64,000 nucleotides of DNA from Tubiluchus corallicola (taxonomy: Eukaryota > Animalia > Priapulida). Of the stretch, positions 1 through 11,100 are shown piece by piece (positions within the stretch are counted from its first letter, which is position 1; every line of letters starts with the position of its first letter). The translations under genes were made by a program, and so were the position numbers. The notes beneath the pieces are model-generated. The model made no database searches and was not told the DNA's origin. It worked only from the letters and a program-made list of their open reading frames with translations. The stretch covers positions 1 through 64,000 of the forward strand of contig JAQGDQ010000771.1 in the NCBI GenBank assembly GCA_030141605.1. The letters run 5' to 3'.

Positions 1-520
1 AGTTTATTTTGTGGGTATTTACCAGACTATAACATATTAAATGCTTTAGTTCATAGACTGGTGCAGGTCCCATCTGGATTACTGTAATAGTTTATTTTGT
101 GGGTTACCAGACTATAACATATTAAAACTACAACGCGTTTAAAATTCTGCTGCTCGCCTTGTTGTTTGCAATATCAGCAGCTATGACCACATTACGCCCA
201 CGCTTTACCATCTGCATTCGTTGCCAGTCAAATACCGCATGCAATTCGAAATTTTAACCATGGTTTTTAAAGCTATCAATCAAGCGGCACATAAGCTGCA
301 TTTACCTGAACTTTTGACTGTATGTTGTTCTACCTATAGATGAAGATTTAACGAAGGCCCACTTTTTATAAACTGTTTTTAAACTTGCCACGGTTTATAA
401 CCGATCCTATGGGTTCCCATATTATTGGAATTTGCTGCCGTAAAAGCAAAGAACGTGCAGCAATTTTGATACTTTTAAATCCAAATTGAAAACTTACGTG
501 TTCTTAAATTTATCTTTGTC
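1..520 (+). mobile_element. Degenerate L2-clade LINE 3' fragment
   Basis: Broken frames give LDYCNSLF.G, LQRV*NSAARLV, LHSLPVKYRMQFEILTMVFKAI, WNLLP and FKSKLKTY, typical of the L2 ORF2 C-terminus. Confidence 0.8.
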
Positions 521-748
521 GTTTATTTTGATTATTTAAATCGTGAAGTGAAATTTTAAATTTTTTACATTTTTCTTGGAGATGTTTTGTTTTCATGATG
601 CAAGTTTGACATTTTAATCTAATTGAAAATTTACCGGTTTACAGGTTTTATTTTCAAGAATTATTTTATATCCATTTTATAATTTTATTCGAATTTATTA
701 TCTGAGCGTGTAATGTTTGAAATGTATATATTGTGAGGCATTCTAGAG

Positions 749-1230
749 CAGGCGTGTGCAAATTGCGGCCCGCCGAGAGAATTTGTGCGGCCCGCGGAGA
801 GATTTGTCAAGCTAATGAAAGTGCGGCCCGGGCGATTAATTGAGTGTATCCAGCTGAAGTTCATACCACGATCCCAAAGATAGTGCGGGTAGTTTTTTCT
901 ACTAGATCCGATGCCATTAACCCTTACAAGACGGTTGTAGCTTAATGTCACTGTACTACACAGACTGTGTGATACACATTACTAATATGCATTGTAATGA
1001 AATTACCACTATCTGTCCAGAAAGTAGAAATATATGGTTTGTAATATAAATTTTAATAACTTCTAAAATAGTTTCTTGAATGTAGTAGTAATGATGTACG
1101 CAGGTCAGATGGAAAAAAATCGTTATTAGGCCTTTCTGTACTTGGCTCCTTGATCAAACTGCCTGTGGCCTGCAGGAATTGCGGGAAAGTTTAATGTGGC
1201 CCTGCTAGTCAGATAATTTGCACACCCCTG
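749..1230. mobile_element. hAT (Charlie-like) MITE, copy 1
   Basis: TIRs CAGGCGTGTGCAAATT / AATTTGCACACCCCTG; 8-bp TSD TTCTAGAG/CTCTAGAG; near-identical to 60684-61146. Confidence 0.9.
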
Positions 1231-1478
1231 CTCTAGAGTGTGCAAATGGATATTACGCTATAGAAATGGAAATAAACTTAATTTAAATAGAAAACATGTG
1301 CTACTACAGTCACCAAAATAGTTGTTCACTGATTTACTAACCCTTTTAAAAAGCATCGTGATTTTAAAACAAGCTAAAGCCCATGGTGTTTAACTGTTTA
1401 TTTGTTATGAAATCCATTCCTTATTGCAATCTCTATCAATATGCATGGAGGCAGTGAGAAATCTATTACTGTTTTCAG

Positions 1479-1649
1479 GAGCAAGAATTGTTGAAAACCA
1501 TGAAGAACTTTTCCGTACTACAATCTCAATTGGAGGAAAGTGAAAAACGGTGCGAAGAGCAACGGAAAGAGCTGGACATTGTCCAAAAACAGCTTCATAC
1601 TTCTACGCAGACCATTCTTGCTCTGCGTAAGGAAAAGGATGAGTTAAAG
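1479..1649 (+). CDS. KIF15: KIF15-like internal exon (EQELLKTMK...EKDELK)
   Basis: ttttcag acceptor, gtgtta donor, phase 0/0. Confidence 0.8.
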
Positions 1650-4600
1650 GTGTTAGTCTTACTGAGTTTAAATGCAATCACAATATTTATATGTTTTTAG
1701 ATAAATATGATGTGCCTCAAGGATCAATATTGTTGCCGCTCTTGTTTTTAGATAAATATGATGTGGTTCAAGGATCAATATTGTTGCCGCTCTTGTTTTT
1801 AGATAAATATGATGTGGTTCAAGGATCTATATTGTTTTTAGATAAATATGATGTGCCTCAAGGATCAATATTGTTGCCGCTCTTGTTTTTAGATAAATAT
1901 GATGTGGTTCAAGGATCAATATTGTTGCCGCTCTTGTTTTTAGATAAATATGATGTGCCTCGAGGATCTATATTGTTTTTAGATAAATATGATGTGCTTC
2001 AAGGATCAATATTGTTGCCGCTCTTGTTTTTAGATAAATATGATGTGGTTCAAGGATCAATATTGTTGCCGCTCTTGTTTTTAGATAAATATGATGTGGT
2101 TCAAGGATCAATATTGTTGCCGCTCTTGTTTTTAGATAAATATGATGTGCCTCGAGGATCTATATTGTTTTTAGATAAATATGATGTGCTTCAAGGATCA
2201 ATATTGTTGCCGCTCTTGTTTTTAGATAAATATGATGTGGTTCAAGGATCAATATTGTTGCCGCTCTTGTTTTTAGATAAATATGATGTGGTTCAAGGAT
2301 CAATATTGTTGCCGCTCTTGTTTTTAGATAAATATGATGTGCCTCGAGGATCTATATTGTTTTTAGATAAATATGATGTGCTTCAAGGATCAATATTGTT
2401 GCCGCTCTTGTTTTTAGATAAATATGATGTGCCTCAAGGATCAATATTGTTGCCGCTCTTGTTTTTAGATAAATATGATGTGCCTCAAGGATCAATATTG
2501 TTGCCGCTCTTGTTTTTAGATAAATATGATGTGCCTCAAGGATCAATATTGTTGCCGCTCTTGTTTTTAGATAAATATGATGTGCCTCAAGGATCAATAT
2601 TGTTGCCGCTCTTGTTTTTAGATAAATATGATGTGCCTCAAGGATCAATATTGTTGCCGCTCTTGTTTTTAGATAAATATGATGTGCCTCAAGGATCAAT
2701 ATTGTTGCCGCTCTTGTTTTTAGATAAATATGATGTGCCTCAAGGATCAATATTGTTGCCGCTCTTGTTTTTAGATAAATATGATGTGCCTCAAGGATCA
2801 ATATTGTTGCCGCTCTTGTTTTTAGATAAATATGATGTGGTTCAAGGATCAATATTGTTGCCGCTCTTGTTTTTAGATAAATATGATGTGCCTCGAGGAT
2901 CTATATTGTTTTTAGATAAATATGATGTGCCTCAAGGATCAATATTGTTGCCGCTCTTGTTTTTAGATAAATATGATGTGCCTCAAGGATCAATATTGTT
3001 GCCGCTCTTGTTTTTAGATAAATATGATGTGCCTCGAGGATCTATATTGTTTTTAGATAAATATGATGTGCCTCAAGGATCAATATTGTTGCCGCTCTTG
3101 TTTTTAGATAAATATGATGTGCCTCAAGGATCAATATTGTTGCCGCTCTTGTTTTTAGATAAATATGATGTGCCTCAAGGATCAATATTGTTGCCGCTCT
3201 TGTTTTTAGATAAATATGATGTGCTTCAAGGATCAATATTGTTGCCGCTCTTGTTTTTAGATAAATATGATGTGCCTCGAGGATCTATATTGTTTTTAGA
3301 TAAATATGATGTGCCTCAAGGATCAATATTGTTGCCGCTCTTGTTTTTAGATAAATATGATGTGGTTCAAGGATCAATATTGTTGCCGCTCTTGTTTTTA
3401 GATAAATATGATGTGCCTCGAGGATCTATATTGTTTTTAGATAAATATGATGTGGTTCAAGGATCAATATTGTTGCCGCTCTTGTTTTTAGATAAATATG
3501 ATGTGCCTCAAGGATCAATATTGTTGCTGCTCTTGTTTTTAGATAAATATGATGTGCCTCAAGGATCAATATTGTTGCCGCTCTTGTTTTTAGATAAATA
3601 TGATGTGCCTCAAGGATCAATATTGTTGCCGCTCTTGTTTTTAGATAAATATGATGTGCCTCAAGGATCAATATTGTTGCCGCTCTTGTTTTTAGATAAA
3701 TATGATGTGCCTCAAGGATCAATATTGTTGCCGCTGTTGTTTTTAGATAAATATGATGTGCCTCAAGGATCAATATTGTTGCCGCTCTTGTTTTTAGATA
3801 AATATGATGTGCCTCAAGGATCAATATTGTTGCCGCTCTTGTTTTTAGATAAATATGATGTGCCTCAAGGATCAATATTGTTGCCGCTGTTGTTTTTAGA
3901 TAAATATGATGTGGTTCAAGGATCAATATTGTTGCCGCTCTTGTTTTTAGATAAATATGATGTGCCTCAAGGATCAATATTGTTGCTGCTCTTGTTTTTA
4001 GATAAATATGATGTGCCTCAAGGATCAATATTGTTGCCGCTGTTGTTTTTAACGTAACCTAAAAAATTGCTTGCAGAAAAGTTTTCACATTTTCTTTGCT
4101 CCTTGACGTATTTTTACAAAAACATATACTTTAGTAATGTTAAATAAAAAATTATAGGAAGGAGGTTGACGAAAAGATGCAGCTTGCAACACTACGTAGT
4201 TATGGCAGTTTGGTGAGGAGAAATTTCATAAAATGTAGACGTGAAATCTTGACGAAAGATATAAACATTTATATCAGCTGATTAGAGAGACGTTCGCTCT
4301 CTCTTAATCTTTGCATCACTAAACTAATACATTTTCTTTTACTGTTATCGTGCACAGTATTGTCCACCTGTATCAGGTTTCTGACTTCATATTTTGGCCA
4401 AAAAAAGTTCACCCGTGCTCATATTTAGACCTTACTTTGAACTGAGCTTTTTATATTATGTTGAATGGGTTCCGTTCTGCATTTATCATTTCACTTTGTT
4501 TACAATTAAAAAAACTATTTTAAATTTTACGTGTATTGCAGGAAGATCTGAACGGAGTTTTTAATACCGTAAGAGATAATAAAGCCGCGCTTTTTGAGCG

Positions 4601-5151
4601 GGAGGAATTAGCCGAGAAGCTGAAGCATGAGCTTGACGAGCTGAAGACCGATTATGATGCCATTGTTGTGAGCAGAAATGAGGCTCAGCAAGCTGTCACA
4701 AACGTGCAGCGCCAGCTGGATGACTTGCGGCAGACGTACGAACAAGCGAACAGTCAGCGGGATGCTGAGGTAAGAAGTCGAGCAAGCCGAAACAGTTTTC
4801 TACGCGACACAAGAATGACTGTTATTCAACACACTATCAGAACTAATGAAAGTTTAAACACTTGCAATAATACAGCATTGAAATGAAATGAAAACAATTT
4901 TAGACCAGACTGTTCAGTCTAGTGTTAATGCGTCTGCTTTCCGTCTCGAAGGTCGTGAGTTCGAACCAGCATCCGGGTCATACCAAAGAGTTTAAAAACG
5001 GTACTTGCTGTTGCCCTGCCTGACGCGTGGTATTTAGGGTAAAAGTGGGGTAATAATAGTCTCTGTTATGTAGTTGTAGGTTGTTATATACAGTCGGCGA
5101 TAATAGCTCTTTGAGCTAATGTTAATTGTTGACCCAAAAGATTATTATTGT

Positions 5152-5190
<39 letters not shown>

Positions 5191-8100
5191 TGTTCTTGTT
5201 TGTTGTTGTTGTTGTTGTTGTTGAAAGCATTAGAAACATTTACAACCAGTCACAGATGCACAACTGTTTTTTTAATAAACTGTTTCTTGTTAAACTTAAA
5301 CCATGATGAATGTGCCGAACGATTCCTCTGCCCGTTTGAACTTGCATCTTATGATAACTGGACATTTCAGAGAGCCATGGCTGAAGAGGATATTGAGTAC
5401 ATGACTGAGTCCATCGACAAGCTAACCAAAGAACTACAAGACGCACAGAAGCAGATAGATGCGGCACAAGATGATAGAACAGCGATGAAGAAGCAAGTAA
5501 GTTATGGAAATATTGTGGAATAGTTGCTTGAAAATGTTAAGAAAATAACAATTGTTTTGAAATTATAATTAACAAAATATCTATAGGACTTAATGCAGCT
5601 ATAACATTCAGCAATTTTTAATTTTTGTAAGTTTTATCCAAAGCTGTTATTTAGATCATTTTAGTGCCATCTTGATCTTTTTAGGATAATTGTAAGATTG
5701 CCTTGTGTATTTTGATCTAGTCCTCTTAATGTACGTACATGAAGCAATTCCTGTTAGAAATGATGTGTGGTACGTGCCATTTTGATGCAAAAAGTTCCAA
5801 CTCTTGTACAATAGTCTAGATAATTTTAAGACTCAAATGATGGTGAAATAATTCATCGAAATTACATATAAATTCGGAAAAATACAGAATCATTTTCTTC
5901 CTAATGTGTTACTTCACTTTGTACATTTTTTTACTAATTTTTTTGCCACTTTTTCTTCGCATGTGTTATGCGTCCGTATGACGATACTTGAGCTGTAATT
6001 GGCGTGAACTAATTTATCTTTTGTTTCGTTTAGTTTGCGAGCACGGAGTCTGAGCTGCAAGCAGAGATCGGTCAGTTAAAGAGACACTTGAATGAATCGG
6101 AGAAACGGTTGAAGCAACTGCAGACTGATTCTGATGCGGAAATAGATCGTGTCTTGAAAGAGCAAAGAGACCAAATCGAAACATATCCTTTTAGTTATAA
6201 TAGATTTATTTATTTATTTATTAAATATATCCAAAATGATCATTACAGCATTGTACATAAAAGTATTTAATAGCATATCTATTATTATGTGCACAAGATG
6301 CCAAGCCGCAAATGACCCGTGGGGTACTCAAGAAGTATTTACTTGTATAGAGCACCCCAAATGAATGTGGACTGAGTGTAATAGAAAAGAGCAGTAAAGG
6401 AGTAGAAAGAAAGGTTGATAGATAATAGAAAGAAAGAGAAAGATGTGATGGTATCTGTATGAAGTAACATAAACTATAGACATGTAAAAATTGACATAGC
6501 CAGCAACACAATGGATTACGACAGGGACAGCAGTGTAATTAATCAAATTGATTTATTCTGTATAATTAGAAAAGATTTCACTTTTAATATTTCTTTTGAA
6601 GTTATTTATAGATAAAGAATTTTTTATGTATTCGTTTATCTTATTCCAAAGTCTAGGGCCAGTGTTAGTGATGAAGTGTCTTGCCGCGTCAGTCCTCACC
6701 AACTTAAACCCCTCGCAAGGGTTAAAGGAAGACAGGGTGATTTTTCACATACTACCCCATTTTCAAGAGCGGTAAAAAGCATACGTTTTAATACCAATAA
6801 TACTATAAAAGCGTTACTGACAATTTAATAATAGATTTAAATCTTAATTAATAGCTGGCGAGCCCAACTGTTTATGACATCACAAACTAACATAATTTTC
6901 CATATCAAAATGTGATTTTCAATGTAAAAAATTCAAATTTCAAATTTACCGTTGTACTCACGCATGAGCTGTCGAGCGTGTGCAGTTCGTCGCAAACTAA
7001 CACATCTGAACTGAGAGGTACAGCACCTGTTTTTTGTGCAACGCTTTGCGCTAGTACCCCGTTAACTAGCAAACGGCGAAATGCATGTAACAGCGAAGAA
7101 CTAGTGGTGCGAACGCGAAATTGTGTTTGTGTGGTAATAATTTTTTCACGTAAGTCATTCTTTATAAAATAGTTTGTTTCCTTTCATTATTTTAAAGAGT
7201 AGATTGTTTTGAGCTGCAGTGTAATATTGGGTCCAGTTTTGCTTTAACGAAAATACAAAATTAATTGAAAAAATGTGCGGGCACATTTAGGCAAGATTAC
7301 CAGTAAATTGAAAAATCTCTTTCAACGTTTTTTTTTGCTTTATTTGAATGTAGTAAAGAAATTTAAATAATCAACAAGACATATCTAATTGAAAATATCA
7401 AGTTTGTAAAACAAAAAAAAAAGACGAGAATGATACGTCTTTTCAATCAATTCTTGCTTAAGGAATCTCAAGATTGAATTATGTAAGTTCTGTAGCTTAG
7501 CGGTAGTGGCGAGAGTTTGATACTCACCTCTGGCGGTATCAATATCACTATCGTGGGAGGATGTATGTTATGCATCCGAATTGTGGCTGAGATACCTTAG
7601 GCTTAGAGGCACAATCATTGATAGTGAACTAGTATTTGGTCACATCGCAAATATCTGTTTAAGTGGGCACTGCGTTTGAGGGTTTTCGGGTCCCGAATTT
7701 TGTGAAAGAATCTTTGTTTACTGCCTTAACTTTTCGTTTCTACTCTGCAAAATCAGCAGGACACGTTATTGACACAACACGAGTTCCTTGAATCACAGCT
7801 GAAGACAAAATGTGATGAAATTTCTACTTTGAAAGTGAGTCGCCAAATTTCACTTTGTGAAACATTATTCCATTTGATTCTTCCCGTAATTTCAACGAAT
7901 TATTTCACGAGATCAACCTTGAAATTTTTAAAACTTAAACAACGTCTATTGTACATGAGTTGAATCTTTTTTGCCATGTACCATACATTAGTCTTAACAG
8001 GAATTACTTTTATGAACATTAAGAGGATAAGATTGGACTAATGACAACCTAGATGACAACTTTGGATAAAACTTATAAAAATTAAAAATTGTGCTACGTT

Positions 8101-11100
8101 ATTGCTACAATATTTCTACAGATATTTTATCAATTATTATCAACTATTTCACTGTATTTGAATAACTTATGATGACTTCAGACTAGCGAGTTTTCTTTCG
8201 TGAGTTTTCTCTCTGAAAGTAAATTTGCAAGTGTGAACGGTTTTGCGAGTTACTATCGGCAAGTTTTTGCAAACTCTCAGACAGCTGCTGCGAGTTCTCT
8301 CCTACAGTAAACTCTCAGACAGCTGCTGCGAGTTCTCTCCTACAGTAAACTCTCAGACAGCTGCTGCGAGTTCTCTCCTACAGTAAACTCTCAGACAGCT
8401 GCTGCGAGTTCTCTCCTACAGTAAACTCTCAGACAGCTGCTGCGAGTTCTCTCCTACAGTAAACTCTCAGACAGCTGCTGCGAGTTCTCTCCTACAGTAA
8501 ACTCTCAGACAGCTGCTGCGAGTTCTCTCCTACAGTAAACTCTCAGACAGCTGCTACGAGTTCTCTCCTACAGCAAACTCTCAGACAGTTGCTGCGAGTT
8601 CTCTTCTACGGTAAACTCTCAGACAGTTGCTGCGAGTTCTCTCCTACGGCAAACTCTCAGACAGTTGCTGCGAGTTCTCTCCTACGGCAAACTCTCGGAC
8701 AGTTGCTGCGAGTTCTCTCCTACAGTAAACTCTCGGACAGTTGCTGCGAGTTCTCTCCTACGGCAAACTCTCGGACAGTTGCACGAGTTCTCTCCTACGG
8801 CAAACTCTCAGACAGTTGCTGCGAGTTCTCTCCTACGGCAAACTCTCAGACAGTTGCTGCGAGTTCTCTCCTACGGCAAACTCTCAGACAGTTGCTGCGA
8901 GTTCTCTCCTACGGCAAACTCTCAGACAGTTGCTGCGAGTTCTCTCCTACGGCAAACTCTCAGACTGTTGCTGCGAGTTCTCTCCTACGGCAAACTCTCA
9001 GACAGTTGCTGCGAGTTCTCTCCTACGGCAAACTCTCAGACAGTTGCTGCGAGTTCTCTCCTACGGCAAACTCTCAGACTGTTGCTGCGAGTTCTCTCCT
9101 ACGGCAAACTCTCAGACAGTTGCTGCGAGTTCTCTCCTACGGCAAACTCTCAGACAGCTGCTGCGAGTTCTCTCCTACGGCAAACTCTCAGACAGTTGCT
9201 GCGAGTTCTCTCCTACGGCAAACTCTCAGACAGTTGCTGCGAGTTCTCTCCTACAGTAAACTCTCAGACAGTTGCTACGAGTTCTCTCCTACAGTAAACT
9301 CTCAGACAGTTGCTACGAGTTCTCTCCTACAGTAAACTGCTGCACGAGTTCTCTCCTACAGCAAACTCTCAGACAGCTGCTACGAGTTCTCTCCTACAGC
9401 AAACTCTCAGACAGTTGCTGCGAGTTCTCTCTTGCAGCAAACTGCTGCACGAGTTCTCTCCTACGGCAAACTGTCAGACAGTTGCTGCGAGTTCTCTCCT
9501 ACGGCAAACTCTCAGACAGTTACTACGAGTTCTCTCCTACGGCAAACTCTCAGACAGTTGCTGCGAGTTCTCTCCTACGGCAAACTCTCAGACTGTTGCT
9601 GCGAGTTCTCTCCTACGGCAAACTCTCAGACAGTTGCTGCGAGTTCTCTCCTACGGCAAACTCTCAGACAGCTGCTGCGAGTTCTCTCCTACGGCAAACT
9701 CTCAGACAGTTACTACGAGTTCTCTCCTACGGCAAACTCTCAGACAGTTGCTACGAGTTCTCTCCTACAGTAAACTCAGACAGCTGCTACGAGTTCTCTC
9801 CTACAGTAAACTCTCAGACAGTTGCTACGAGTTCTCTCCTACAGTAAACTGCTGCACGAGTTCTCTCCTACAGCAAACTCTCAGACAGTTGCTGCGAGTT
9901 CTCTCCTACGGCAAACTCTCAGACAGTTGCTACGAGTTCTCTCTTACAGCAAACTCTCAGACAGCTGCTACGAGTTCTCTCCTACAGCAAACTCTCAGAC
10001 AGTTGCTGCAAGTTCTCTCCTACAGCAAACTCTCAGACAGTTGCTGCAAGTTCTCTCCTACAGTAAACTCTCAGACAGTTGCTGCGAGTTCTCTCCTACA
10101 GCAAGCACAAGATTAAACGCGACAAAACTTGACGTGTGAGTTTACTCTCAGAGAGAAAACTGGCTAGTCTCAACGACCCATTACTTGCTTTCTTGCCAGT
10201 TCATTCTGCCACGTTTCCAATTTTCTCAAGACCCACGATATGCTTGCGTCTAATTACATTAATTCACCTCGCATGAGTGATTTGCATTTGAATAAAATAG
10301 CAGTCCTAATTATCGCCTATTTCAGTCTCCATTTTCCCCTCTGCTTCTTGTTTCAGGATTCAATTGAAGACGAGGAAAAGTGCAAGTCGTCCTTGGAGAC
10401 GCGTTGCAAAACAGCCGAGGAGAAATTAAAACAACAGATGGCGCTTTACCTTGAAATGTAAGTTCATTTCCCTGTGATCTTTCGTAAAATGTCTCTTTAT
10501 CGCTATGAATCGATGACATTTAAGTCTTTGGAAAAATAATTATAATTTTTTGTAATGTTTTATACATATATAAAAAACATACTGCATTTTTTGCTGTTTA
10601 AATTCATTGAATGTTTCAATAACTTCTGTGATTTGCAACGAAGTTTAACTTAACAATTGCGTTCAGACTAGCAAGTTTTTCTCTTTGACAGTAAACTCAA
10701 AACTGTGAACTCCTTTGCGAGTTACTGACGCCAAGTTATTGCAGACTCTCCAACATTTAGTGTGAGTGGATTTACTGTCTAGTTACTGTCTCGTGCGAGT
10801 TACTGTCTAGCTTGAACGCCTTGGTGAGTTACTGTTGACACTTCTCACAGTGAACAGAGAAGGGAGTATCAGCAGAGTAACTCGCAGTAAGTTTTACTCT
10901 CTAGTCTGAAAACTTTTGCGAATTACACCTGAGAATTCACTAGAAAATTCAACTGCAGTGGAGAATTACACTAGAAAATTCACTAGTCTGAATGCGCAAC
11001 AATATGTACTTATAATTTATTCATTAAGATTTCCCATATTGTAGTCGTCAGCATCACAAGGATGATGTAGCGAGAATGTCGGCTGAAATCACCAGCATGA

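Noticed and set aside
1691-4057. 788-aa repeat protein ORF and its antisense ORFs
   Set aside because: It lies in an intron whose flanking exons join in frame; openness follows from stop-free 51/39-bp units.
4912-4980. tRNA gene
   Set aside because: No complete cloverleaf; it continues into a SINE body and tail.
8589-10139. Overlapping ORFs in all three + frames
   Set aside because: Artefact of a 38-bp unit cycling through frames.
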